Notes: generated by a model not told the origin, from the letters alone. Numbered from the stretch's first letter, positions 8,017 to 16,765 are shown. The stretch is 18,273 nt of DNA from Candidatus Krumholzibacteriia bacterium (GCA_046484865.1 JAWOID010000140.1:1-18273); one strand, 5' to 3'. Numbers and translations: made by a program.

Positions 8017-8873
8017 TTGCGGCGCAAAAACTCGCGCAGTTCGCTGCTGGTGAGCGTGTTCACGATCGAGCGGCAGCAGATGCCGGCCTCGCGGACCATC
8101 TCCGCGCCGTGGCGGAAATCCACCAGGCGCGCGGCGCGGTGGGCATCGGGGCTGATCGACAGGTAGGCGCCCAGTTCCTGGGCGAGCTGGCAGTTCGTCC
8201 AGTCGAGGCGCGAGCTGTGGGGGTTAGCGTCCACCTCGACCACCGTGCCGGCGGCCGCTGCGGCGCTCAGCACGGTGCGCATGTCCATGGGCACCGGGCC
8301 GGGCCGGATCATGAACTCTCCCACCGGCTTGCCCAGGATCGAGACCAGCGGCTGGGAGATGATGCGCAGCACCCGGTCCGTCCACTCCTCCTCGCTGCAG
8401 TGCCGGCACTCCGGCAATGACGCGATCACGTAGTCGAACAGCAGCAGGTCCGATTCGGCCAGCGGCAGATCGCCTTCGACCGTGGTGTCCAGCTCGATGC
8501 CCTGCATGACGTCGAAATCGGGGAAGCGCGCGTTCAGATCGCGGATCTCCTCGCGCTGGCGCGCCACGGCGTCGATGTCCAGCCCATCGCGATGATAGGC
8601 CGACAGGTAGTGATCGCTCACGCCCAGGTACTCGAGCCCGATCGCGCGGGCGGTCTCGACCATGTCCTCGAGGGTGTGGGCGCCATCGCCATACCGCGAA
8701 TGCGCATGCAACACCCCGCGTATGTCGCAGGGGCGCACGAGCTTGAAATCGGTCACCTCATCGATGGTGTAACGCCCCCGGTGAGTGGGCGGAAACGGAT
8801 CGGTCCCGGCACTGTCCGGCAATGGACGGTGGAACCGCGACGACGTCGGTTCGAATGTGTTCTCGTCCTGCAC
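8010..8873 (-). CDS. Stand-alone PHP-domain protein related to the C-terminal domain of bacterial PolX
   Basis: DIRGVLHAHSRYGDG, GLEYLGVSDH, QGIELD, FDYVIAS, VEVDANP, ISPDAH and IVNT motifs. Start is uncertain: GTG 8873 chosen (AGGA RBS); 8939 or 8756 are possible. Confidence 0.88.
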   Translation of the reverse strand: MQDENTFEPTSSRFHRPLPDSAGTDPFPPTHRGRYTIDEVTDFKLVRPCDIRGVLHAHSRYGDGAHTLEDMVETARAIGLEYLGVSDHYLSAYHRDGLDIDAVARQREEIRDLNARFPDFDVMQGIELDTTVEGDLPLAESDLLLFDYVIASLPECRHCSEEEWTDRVLRIISQPLVSILGKPVGEFMIRPGPVPMDMRTVLSAAAAAGTVVEVDANPHSSRLDWTNCQLAQELGAYLSISPDAHRAARLVDFRHGAEMVREAGICCRSIVNTLTSSELREFLRRKR

Positions 8874-8949
8874 GTCGGTCGTCCTGTATCGAATCCGGCC
8901 GTCTCCTAGGGGAGCGTCCGGGATGCCTCCAACTTTCACCGTCTAGGCC

Positions 8950-8978
8950 AGGATAGGACGACTCCCGATGCGCCGCAA
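8950..8978 (-). promoter_or_regulatory. Candidate sigma70 promoter for the PHP gene
   Basis: TTGCGG (8978-8973), 17 nt spacer, TATCCT (8955-8950). Confidence 0.4.
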
Positions 8979-9016
8979 CAAACCGGTGCCTGCGGCGGCG
9001 GGGCGGAAGCCGCCGG

Positions 9017-9532
9017 TCAGGTCGCCTGCTCCAGGAGGTCGACGTAGGCCTGTGCCACCAGATCGCTGGGGCCGACCCCCAGGCGGGCCATGAGGTCCTC
9101 GGCCACGGTGCACCCCTCGTCGGGCGACTGGTCCGGTCGCAGCACGACTTCGAGTTCGATGAACTCGCCGAGCCCTTCCACCGCGTCGAGGTGGATGCGG
9201 GTCTGGCCGGCCATGAACAGGCGCCGGCGCTTCCGGACGACTCCGCGCAGGGGCAGGTGCCGGCCGAGGATCGAGCGCAGCAGGCCGGCGTCGTCCACCG
9301 GAAGCACACGGTAGACGGAGGTGCGGGGGCCGGGCGCGTCGGGCCGGTCGTAATCGATGAGTTCGGCGCGACCGTCGCCGAGTTCGCGCAGCTTCAGACG
9401 CCCGCGAGCGGTGCGGAAGAAGGTGTCGCATTGCTCCAGGACGACGGCCGGGCCGTCGGCCAGCGCCTCGGCGCGCGCGGCCACCAGGGCCGGATCGGCC
9501 ACGCGCGCCTTGATCTCCACGTTGCTGGGCAT
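9017..9532 (-). CDS. CYTH-domain protein (class IV adenylate cyclase CyaB-like)
   Basis: N-terminal NVEIKAR (ExExK-like), QCDTFF, GRLKLRE, VVRKRRRLF and TRIHLDAVEGLGEFIELEVVL, ending AYVDLL. AGGAGG RBS before ATG 9532. Confidence 0.92.
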   Translation of the reverse strand: MPSNVEIKARVADPALVAARAEALADGPAVVLEQCDTFFRTARGRLKLRELGDGRAELIDYDRPDAPGPRTSVYRVLPVDDAGLLRSILGRHLPLRGVVRKRRRLFMAGQTRIHLDAVEGLGEFIELEVVLRPDQSPDEGCTVAEDLMARLGVGPSDLVAQAYVDLLEQAT

Positions 9533-9615
9533 GCCCCCTCCTGGTCGCTCCCGGCGTGAGTCACCCGCCCGCACAGGCGCACAGCGCGACACGGGAGAGG
9601 GTTCTCAGGCAGAGC

Positions 9616-10143
9616 CTAGTACGCGCCCCAGTGCTGCTTGCCCGGCAGATAGTAGCTGGGCAGCAGGAAGCGGAACATCCGGGCGAAGCCGCGGGAACGC
9701 TCGAGCTGCTCGAGGCTGGCCTCGTGCTGGTCCTGCAGGTCGGCGTCGAACATGTCGCCGAACACCTCGCGGGCGGCCTCGCGGCGCTCGTCCTCGCCGG
9801 CGAACTGCCGCCGGATCTCGCCCAGTTCGCCGTGATCCAGGAAGAATCCACCACAGGCGGGACACTCGTCCACCTCGACCCGACGCTGCACGCTCGCCCA
9901 GTGCCGCATCAAAACGATGCCGGCGCAGTGCGGGCACTCGCGACGGCGACGCCGGTCGACGGTGACCGTCCGGTCGCGCCGCACGTCGAGCAACTCCTCG
10001 CCGGCCGCTTCGTGGGGCTCGTCCACCTTCTTCAGTTCCATCCAGTCGAACCAGATGCCGCCGCAGCCGCCGGCGCAGACGTCCACCTGGATGCCCTCGA
10101 TCGTCTTCACGGTCATGCCGTTGCCGCATGCGGGACAGTTCAC
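9616..10143 (-). CDS. Double zf-TFIIB-type zinc-ribbon protein
   Basis: CPAC...VDVCAGGCGGIWFDWMEL and CPHC...VDECPACGGFFLDHGEL. GGGAGG RBS before GTG 10143. Confidence 0.9.
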   Translation of the reverse strand: MNCPACGNGMTVKTIEGIQVDVCAGGCGGIWFDWMELKKVDEPHEAAGEELLDVRRDRTVTVDRRRRRECPHCAGIVLMRHWASVQRRVEVDECPACGGFFLDHGELGEIRRQFAGEDERREAAREVFGDMFDADLQDQHEASLEQLERSRGFARMFRFLLPSYYLPGKQHWGAY

Positions 10144-10310
10144 GCTCACCCTCCCGGTTTCCGCCGCCACGCCGTCCACGCACCGTGCGGGAACGGTCGT
10201 CGCCGCCGCAGCGCACGCCGCAGCGGCACCGCGCAGGCGGAGTCTCCTGCCGGACATCGGCCGCCGGCGCAGCGGCTTGAGCACCGATGGCGGGGCGGTC
10301 CAGCGCAGCC

Positions 10311-11384
10311 TCAGTCCTGCCGGGAGAAGGGAGCGAAGGCCAGCAGGGTCGCGGGGTAGCGGTCGGTGATCAGCAGGAAGCCGCGGTCGTCGAGGCGGGC
10401 GACCCCCTCCCAGTTCCGGCACAGGAGGTCGTCGCGCAGCCGGAAGGCGATGGGCGGCGCCGGCGTGCGCACCAGGCCGCTCTCGTCGATCCGGAACTCG
10501 AGCAACCGCTCCACCGTGTCGCAACTGCCGTGCGTGAGTCCCTGGCCGAAGCGTTTCACCTCCGCGTCCTCCGCGGGCAGCAGCAGCTCCCGCTCGCCGG
10601 GGAAGAAGTAGTTGATCACCCAGAAGCGTCCCGCGGCGTCGGCGGCCGTCGCGTCGGTGAGACGGAACTCCACGGCGGGACCGGGAATGCGGCCGAGAGG
10701 TTCGAGGTCGAGGGTAAAGGCGCTGGCGCCCGGCTCGGGGTTGACGAAGAGACCGTTCGCTTCCTGGATCGCCACCAGCCGGTCGTCGACCACCACCAGC
10801 GACTCGAACGACATGTTGGGCAGGCGCGCCGAGATCGGCACCGGCACGATGCGCTCCAGATCCAGCCGCATGGAGTCGAAGGCGGACTCCACCCGGCCCG
10901 CCACCAGGAAGGCGCCGGCCTCGGTTCCCAGGTTGGTCTCGATGATCAGGTAGATGCGATCGCCCTGCATGGCCGCGGCTTCCAGGCCGTCGTAACCGGG
11001 CACCAGTTCCGAGAGCCGCGGCGCGTGGGCGAGGACCTCGCGCGGCAGCAGCGGTTCGGTGGAGATGCCGTCGATCCGGTCGAGGATGTCCTGGCGGTCG
11101 AGCACGAACACCACGCTGGAGTCGCCGCCGGCCACGAGGTCGGGCCGCTGCGGCAGCAGCAGCAGCTGGTCCCCGTGCCACACCAGGCTGGAGATCTCGG
11201 CGTCGGCCCTGGCCACGCGACCGGCGAGGGGCAGGAAGGTCAGCTCCGTCTCCACCGCCGGCGCCTCGGGCTCGGGGCCGATCTCGACCCGCCGCACGCA
11301 GCCCGCCAGGGCGCTCAGGCAGCCGGCCAGCACGGTGACCGCGAGGATGAGCGCCAGGGCGGCATGGTGGGTGCGTGGGGTCAT
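10311..11384 (-). CDS. Lipoprotein, probable beta-propeller (phytase-like / SdiA-regulated-like)
   Basis: Signal peptide with lipobox LAGC. Repeated blade-like motifs EISSLVWHGDQLLLLP, GLEAAAMQGDRIYLIIE, FESLVVVDDRLVAIQE and NWEGVARLDDRGFLLITD. Confidence 0.8.
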   Translation of the reverse strand: MTPRTHHAALALILAVTVLAGCLSALAGCVRRVEIGPEPEAPAVETELTFLPLAGRVARADAEISSLVWHGDQLLLLPQRPDLVAGGDSSVVFVLDRQDILDRIDGISTEPLLPREVLAHAPRLSELVPGYDGLEAAAMQGDRIYLIIETNLGTEAGAFLVAGRVESAFDSMRLDLERIVPVPISARLPNMSFESLVVVDDRLVAIQEANGLFVNPEPGASAFTLDLEPLGRIPGPAVEFRLTDATAADAAGRFWVINYFFPGERELLLPAEDAEVKRFGQGLTHGSCDTVERLLEFRIDESGLVRTPAPPIAFRLRDDLLCRNWEGVARLDDRGFLLITDRYPATLLAFAPFSRQD

Positions 11385-11386
11385 GA

Positions 11387-11887
11387 TCAGTCGAGATCGG
11401 CCTCGTCCACCGCGGGGGAGTCGGTGCCGCTCATCAGCGCGTCGAGCCGGCGCCGCAGGACCACGGCCTCCGTCTCGGCTCGCAACGAGCGCTCCAGGTA
11501 GACCTGCGCCAGGCGGTCCTTGGCCACGCCGATCACCGTGGTCACCCGGCTGAGCCCCTCCACCTGGTGTTCGCCGACGATGTGGTCCACCACGAGGCGC
11601 CAGGCCGTCTCCTCGAGCACGTTCAGAGCGCCCTGCATCTCGCCCAGGAAGAAACCTTCCTGCATGCGGACGTCGGCCACGTCCTCGAGATAGGCGGCCA
11701 GCCGGCCGGGGGCGCCGCCGATGGAATCGACGAACACCTCCACCATGCGCCGGGCTCGGCCGGCGAGTTCGGGCACGCTCATCTGCCGGTAGTGCGGGGA
11801 ACTGCTGCTCTTGAGCTGGCTGGCCACGCGCTCGGCGATCTCGTCGCGATAGGCCCTGAACAGTTCGGTGATGACCACGGCGGCCAT
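11387..11887 (-). CDS. Stand-alone RsbRD_N-like (globin-fold) sensor domain protein
   Basis: All-helical. YRDEIAERV...PHYRQMSVPEL...VADVRMQEGFFLGEMQGAL matches the RsbRD N-terminal pattern (R-x-x-x-G-F-x-L-x-E). GAAGGAAG RBS. Confidence 0.7.
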   Translation of the reverse strand: MAAVVITELFRAYRDEIAERVASQLKSSSSPHYRQMSVPELAGRARRMVEVFVDSIGGAPGRLAAYLEDVADVRMQEGFFLGEMQGALNVLEETAWRLVVDHIVGEHQVEGLSRVTTVIGVAKDRLAQVYLERSLRAETEAVVLRRRLDALMSGTDSPAVDEADLD

Positions 11888-11964
11888 GGGATCTTCCTTC
11901 TGGTTGCGTGTCGCGCCGATCGCGCGCGTCTATTCGAAAAGTACGCACCGGAACCCCTGGGGGG

Positions 11965-12393
11965 TCAAGGGGCATCCACCCGTACCATCGCGTAGTGATC
12001 GATGCCGCACTCCTGGAACAGGTCGCCCTCGGGCACGAAACCCATTCCGCGGTAGTAGTCCACCAGATGCGCCTGGGCATGCATGCGGTGCCTGGCATAC
12101 CCACGCTGCCGCGCTTCTTTCAGCAGGAACTCGACCACGTCCCGGCCGTAGCCGCGTCCGCGCCAGGCGGGACGCACCGCCACGCGCTCGAGCTTGGACC
12201 AGCCGTCGAGCAGGCGCAGGCGACCACAGGCCACGGGTTCGTCGTCCTCGGTCCCGAGCACGTGCACCGCCTCTTCCTCATGGTCGTCGACCTCGCAGGA
12301 ATAGGCCACCTTCTGCTCCTCGACGAACACGATGCTCCGCACGGCCAGCACCATCCAGAACTCGCTGACCCCGCGCACCTCGCGCAGCTCCAT
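11965..12393 (-). CDS. GNAT N-acetyltransferase, ElaA/YjcF-like
   Basis: VRSIVFVEEQKV, KLERVAVRPAWRGRGYG (acetyl-CoA motif A), HAQAHLVDYYRGMGF and FQECGIDHYAM. RBS before ATG 12393. Confidence 0.93.
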   Translation of the reverse strand: MELREVRGVSEFWMVLAVRSIVFVEEQKVAYSCEVDDHEEEAVHVLGTEDDEPVACGRLRLLDGWSKLERVAVRPAWRGRGYGRDVVEFLLKEARQRGYARHRMHAQAHLVDYYRGMGFVPEGDLFQECGIDHYAMVRVDAP

Positions 12394-12467
12394 GGACTCT
12401 TCCCTCCGGTCAATCGCCCGGCTTGCCGCGAACTCGCCTGCCGCTGTCTTTCCCGGCATGATCGACG

Positions 12468-12473
12468 TATACT
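12468..12473 (+). promoter_or_regulatory. -10 element TATACT 6 nt before the ATG (candidate leaderless promoter)
   Basis: TATACT-gccgcc-ATG(12480), with no Shine-Dalgarno sequence in front of the ATG. Confidence 0.5.
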
Positions 12474-12479
12474 GCCGCC

Positions 12480-13757
12480 ATGTCCACGACCGTTGCCAGT
12501 CATCTCGCCACGAACACGGCCCCGCGGCTCGCCGCCGGATTCCTCGCCGCCGGTCCCGGAATCGCGGCCGTCGACACCCGGGTGGGGTCGGTGGGCGTGG
12601 CCTGGACTCCCCGGGGCGTGGACCTGGTCCTGCTGCCGGACAGTCCCTGCGCCTGGGAAGGACACCCACGCGGATCCGCCCTCGCGCGCCTGCAGGCGCT
12701 CTGCCCGGAGCGGCCGCTGCGCCGGCGGCCGCCACCCGCGCCGGCCGAGGTCCTGCGGCGCATCCGGCGGCATCTCGCCGGAGAACCCGATCCGCTGCTG
12801 GACGTTCCCGTGGACCTGGCCGGGTCCGGCAGCTTCGCCTGCCGGGTGCTCCTGGCGCTGCGCGAGGTGCTGCCGGGCGCCACCGTCACCTACGGTGAAC
12901 TGGCGCGGCGGGCCGGCCGTGCCGGCGCCGCGCGCGCGGTGGGGCGCGTGATGGCGGCGAACCCGGTGCCGCTGCTGGTGCCATGCCACCGCTGCCTGCC
13001 TGCGGGTCCGAGGAACGGCGGCCGCGACAGCACCCTCGCCGCGCGCGCCGTGCGGCCCCTGGGCGGCTTCTCGGGAGGCGGCGGGCCACGGCAGAAGGCG
13101 CACCTGCTGTTCCTCGAGGGGGTGGTTCTCGACCCGCACCACCAGGCCGGACTCGAGCACCTCGGCCGCGTCGACCCCCTCTTGCGCCGCGTGATCCGGA
13201 TCGTCGGACCCTACCACGCCGCGCCCGAGCGCCGCGAGCCGCCGTACGCCGCGCTGCTGCGCGCCATCATCCACCAGCAGCTCTCGATCAAGGCGGGCGC
13301 CACCATCGCGCGGCGGGTGGCGGCGCTCACGCCGGGGCCCGGGCTGCCGCAGCCGCAGGAACTGCTGGCGCTGGAGGAACCGGCGCTGCGTGCGGCGGGC
13401 CTGTCGGGAGCGAAGGTGCGCTACGCGCGCGATCTGGCCACCCGGCTGGCCGACGGCCGGCTGTCACTGGCGGGCCTGGCGCGCCGGCCCGACGACGAGG
13501 TGATCGAGACCCTGACCGCCGTCAGCGGCATCGGGCGCTGGACCGCGCAGATGTTCCTGATCTTCCAGCTCGGACGGCTGGACGTGCTGCCGGTGGACGA
13601 CCTGGGCCTGCGCGCGGCCGTCCAGAAGGCCTGGCGGTTGCCGGCGCCGGTGAGCGCCGCCGACCTCGCGCGGCGGGCCGAGCCCTGGCGGCCGTACCGC
13701 AGCATGGCGAGCTGGTACCTGTGGCAGGCGCTGGATGCCGGCGCCATCGGACCCTGA
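12480..13757 (+). CDS. Fusion of methylated-DNA-protein-cysteine methyltransferase (Ogt/MGMT) and DNA-3-methyladenine glycosylase (AlkA-type HhH-GPD)
   Basis: N-terminal half: TYGELA, AARAVG, NPVPLLVPCHR. C-terminal half: LLRAIIHQQLS, LRAAGLSGAKVRY, LTAVSGIGRWTAQMFLIF, DVLPVDDLGLR, WRPYRSMASWYLW. Confidence 0.93.
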   Translation: MSTTVASHLATNTAPRLAAGFLAAGPGIAAVDTRVGSVGVAWTPRGVDLVLLPDSPCAWEGHPRGSALARLQALCPERPLRRRPPPAPAEVLRRIRRHLAGEPDPLLDVPVDLAGSGSFACRVLLALREVLPGATVTYGELARRAGRAGAARAVGRVMAANPVPLLVPCHRCLPAGPRNGGRDSTLAARAVRPLGGFSGGGGPRQKAHLLFLEGVVLDPHHQAGLEHLGRVDPLLRRVIRIVGPYHAAPERREPPYAALLRAIIHQQLSIKAGATIARRVAALTPGPGLPQPQELLALEEPALRAAGLSGAKVRYARDLATRLADGRLSLAGLARRPDDEVIETLTAVSGIGRWTAQMFLIFQLGRLDVLPVDDLGLRAAVQKAWRLPAPVSAADLARRAEPWRPYRSMASWYLWQALDAGAIGP

Positions 13758-13863
13758 CCGCGCAGCGCTGGCCGGCGGGCGCGCTGGCGGGCCAGAGCGG
13801 CGCTGGCCGGCGGGGGATCGCCGCCAGTCGGCAAGCCCGGCGCTAGACGACGGGGCGCAGGCG

Positions 13864-15156
13864 CTAGTCGGCGAAGCCGGCCTGCAGACGCGCGAGGCGG
13901 CGCCGGGCCGTCGCGTCGATGGCGGTGCCGAAACCCACCCGCAACGTCCAGGCGTGTCCCTGCAGTTCGGTCCCACCGTAGCCGGTGGCGAAGTCGTACA
14001 CCGCGTACCCGAGGTCCGCGTGCAGGAAGCTGCCGTGGTCGCGGTCCAGATCCACTCGCGCGCCGAGCCCTCCCTCCATCCGCAGGCTGTGCAGCCAAGC
14101 TCCCTCCAGCTGCGACTCGTACTCGAACCCCTCCCAGCCGAGCCGCAGAAAGGCGCCGAGCTCCGCCCGGCCGGAGCGGAACAGCCGGATCTCGGGCTCG
14201 AGGCTCACGTGCAGCGCCAGGTAGTCGTCGGTGTCGAGCAGCGCGCCCCCGCGGTTCACCCGGTACCGGCTGCCGGCAGGGCCCAGTCGCAGGCCCAGAT
14301 CCAGGCGCAGACCCACGCCGTCGCGGTGCAGACCGGCCCGCGCGCCGAGGCCGCCGTGCGCACCCAGAGGTCGGAGCCCCGGCCCGGGATCCCAGTAGCT
14401 GACGTACACGCCCCAGTCCCAGGCCGCCGCGGTCCGCAGACGACGCACCTCGGCGTCGTAGTAGGCCTGCAGCCAGGTGTCTGCGTAGAATCCCGCGCTC
14501 AGGCGTCGCATCAGCAGATCTTCGTTGCCGGTCTGGTACTGCAGCGCGAACGCCTCCTCGAGGCTGCCGTGTTCCAGGTGCGGCTCGAGCTGGTAGGCCA
14601 CGTCGGCCGTGAAGCTGTCGTACGCGGCCAGGGCGGCCAGATCGTCGACGGCCGAGGCGACCTCGTGGAACGGCGAGCCGGGGTTGGCCCAGGTCTCGAC
14701 GTGGATGCGCCGGTTCTTCTCCTCGTACCACAGCAGATGGTCGAGGACGGTCTCGTCGTAAAGATCCTCGCTGAAGCTCCCCTCCCAGATGGTCGCGAGG
14801 ATCACGGTGCGGAAGATGGGTTCACCGACCCCGCAAACGTCGGCCCAGTCGGTGAGGACCGCGAAGAGAGAGTCGTTGGCGCCGACCTGTAACAGCTCGG
14901 GCACCAGCGCGAAGGCGTGGCGGCTCGCCGCGGCGCAGCGGCCCCAGTAGGAATCGTCCAGGGCGTCGTCGGGTGCGTCGGGAAAGGGAGGCTCGGTCAG
15001 CGGCTCCAGGTCGTCCTGGGCCAGGGCGACGGCGAGGTCATGCGCGGCCGGTGCGCTCGCGGCCGGCATGGCCGCCGCCATGGGGGCCACCGCCGCCACG
15101 AGGACCACCACCAGGACGACCGCCGCCGGCACGACTGGGCGAACGACCCCGACCAC
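13864..15156 (-). CDS. Exported hypothetical protein with a helical N-domain and C-terminal beta-barrel-like strands
   Basis: Signal peptide (AAVVLVVVLVAAVAPMAAA) and an acidic helical region. Then alternating strands (GGLGARAG, VGLRLDLGLR, FLHADLGYAVY, WTLRVGFG). Confidence 0.7.
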   Translation of the reverse strand: MVGVVRPVVPAAVVLVVVLVAAVAPMAAAMPAASAPAAHDLAVALAQDDLEPLTEPPFPDAPDDALDDSYWGRCAAASRHAFALVPELLQVGANDSLFAVLTDWADVCGVGEPIFRTVILATIWEGSFSEDLYDETVLDHLLWYEEKNRRIHVETWANPGSPFHEVASAVDDLAALAAYDSFTADVAYQLEPHLEHGSLEEAFALQYQTGNEDLLMRRLSAGFYADTWLQAYYDAEVRRLRTAAAWDWGVYVSYWDPGPGLRPLGAHGGLGARAGLHRDGVGLRLDLGLRLGPAGSRYRVNRGGALLDTDDYLALHVSLEPEIRLFRSGRAELGAFLRLGWEGFEYESQLEGAWLHSLRMEGGLGARVDLDRDHGSFLHADLGYAVYDFATGYGGTELQGHAWTLRVGFGTAIDATARRRLARLQAGFAD

Positions 15157-15165
15157 CGGCGCCCC

Positions 15166-15708
15166 CTACCACTCACCGGCGTAACCTGCCTGGAAGCCGC
15201 CGGCGCGCTCGAGGTTGTACAGATAGTGCAGCCGCGTGAGCTGCCGGAGGTGCAGGTAGTCGTGAGCCACCCACGACACCAGCAAGTCGCCCGCGCGCAG
15301 CGGCCCGAACTGGGGATGATGGTGCGCGCGCGTCCAGTCCGTCTCGCCCAGCCCGCGCAGCCAGCCCACGCTGCGGCAACGCTGACCCATGAAGGCGTGC
15401 AGCGCCTCGCCCAGATCCTGTTGATGGTACTTGCGACTCTTCGGCCACGACCGGGGATCGATCGGGGTCCACGGCTCGTCCGGGCGGAAGAGCGTGGCCT
15501 CGATGCGGGCGCGGAAGTCGTCCTTCTCCTCGTCCCGCAGGTGGCAGATCACCTCCAGCAGCGACCACTGCTGCGCGGAGGGGCGCCAGCGCGCCTGCTG
15601 CGGTCCCACCCCGCGCACCAGGTCGCGAACGGCGTCGGCGTTGATCTCCAGCCGCTCCACGAGGTGGATGCGATTCAAGGTCGTCCCGCCTCTGGTGCTC
15701 GGAGCCAT
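15166..15708 (-). CDS. DinB-family (DinB_2) metal-binding four-helix protein
   Basis: WRPSAQQWSLLEVICHLRDEE and WVAHDYLHLRQL His motifs. AGGAGG RBS. Confidence 0.9.
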   Translation of the reverse strand: MAPSTRGGTTLNRIHLVERLEINADAVRDLVRGVGPQQARWRPSAQQWSLLEVICHLRDEEKDDFRARIEATLFRPDEPWTPIDPRSWPKSRKYHQQDLGEALHAFMGQRCRSVGWLRGLGETDWTRAHHHPQFGPLRAGDLLVSWVAHDYLHLRQLTRLHYLYNLERAGGFQAGYAGEW

Positions 15709-15732
15709 CCGTCGCCTCCTCGCTGGCGCCGC

Positions 15733-16716
15733 TCATGCACAGCCTGCCAGCCGCCACAGGCCCGCCGCCCGCGCGCTCGCCACCACCGCCTCGAGTTCGT
15801 GGTTCGCCGGACGGCGCATCAACTCGGGGAACAGCGGCTCTCCGTGGGTTCCGCGCTGGCCCACCCGGTGGCTGGGCCGGTACTGATCCATCACGTTGAC
15901 CAGAGTATCGGGGGAAAGCTCGCCCGAAAGGAAGCGGAAGATGGCCGCGCTCTCCTGCGCCAGTCCCGGCATCGCCAGGTGGCGCACCAGCAGCCCGTGA
16001 ACGGCCCGGCCGTCCGGGTCCAGCATCAGGTCGCCCACCTGCCGGTGCATCTCCCGGAGGGCGGCGCGAGCGCGATCGGGGTAATCGGGAGCGTCGCAGT
16101 AGCGCCGCGCCGTGGTGCTCTCCCAGAACTTGAAATCCGGCATGTAGATGTCGACCAGGCCGTCGAGCAGCCGGAGCGCCTCCACGCTGTCGTAGGCGCT
16201 CGTGTTGTAGACCACCGGCACGGCGAGCCCGCGCTCCACCGCCAGGCACAGTGCATCCACCACCTGGGGCACCACGTGCGACGGCGTGACCAGGTTCACG
16301 TTGTGGCAACCCCACGCCTGCAGTTCGAGCATGAGAGCGGCCAGCCGGTCGGTGCTCGCCGGCGTGCCCGCGGTGTGTTGCGAGAGGTCGTGGTTCTGGC
16401 AGAACACGCAGCGCAGGTTGCACCGGCTGAAGAAAATGGTGCCCGATCCGCGACGCCCCACCAGACAGGGCTCCTCGCCGTGATGGGCGAAGGCGCTGGC
16501 CACGTACGCCTGGGCGCCCACGCCGCAGACGCCCAGTTCCCGGCCGGTGCGGTCCACCAGGCAGGCTCGAGGGCACGCGGTGCAGCTGCGCAGCCAGGCC
16601 CGCGCGCGGGCGGCGCGCGCCTCGAGCGCGCCGGACCTCAGCAGTAGCTGCGAGGCGGGCTGCCAGTCGTCGCAGACGAAGCGCTCGGAGCGCCTCCGGT
16701 CAAATGTCGCGTCCAT
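15733..16716 (-). CDS. Radical SAM protein, PflX / PFL-activase-like family
   Basis: CTACPRAC, HHGEEPCLVGRRGSGTIFFSRCNLRCVFCQN (CxxxCxxC), CHNVNLVTPSH, VDIYMPDFK, GLLVRHL and VNVMDQYRP. Confidence 0.93.
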   Translation of the reverse strand: MDATFDRRRSERFVCDDWQPASQLLLRSGALEARAARARAWLRSCTACPRACLVDRTGRELGVCGVGAQAYVASAFAHHGEEPCLVGRRGSGTIFFSRCNLRCVFCQNHDLSQHTAGTPASTDRLAALMLELQAWGCHNVNLVTPSHVVPQVVDALCLAVERGLAVPVVYNTSAYDSVEALRLLDGLVDIYMPDFKFWESTTARRYCDAPDYPDRARAALREMHRQVGDLMLDPDGRAVHGLLVRHLAMPGLAQESAAIFRFLSGELSPDTLVNVMDQYRPSHRVGQRGTHGEPLFPELMRRPANHELEAVVASARAAGLWRLAGCA

Positions 16717-16765
16717 CGGTGTCCTCGCCCGGAGGTGTTCGTGTGCAAGCCGGCGGCCGTCGGAG

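Noticed and set aside
10144..12735. Extended versions of the zinc-ribbon (521 aa), lipoprotein (597 aa) and GNAT (256 aa) ORFs as fusions
   Set aside because: The extensions overlap neighbouring real genes, and each gene has a better downstream start.
13758..13863. Direct repeat GCGCTGGCCGGCGGG (13765, 13800) between convergent genes as a terminator or element
   Set aside because: No U-tract and only two short GC-rich copies, which is insufficient support.
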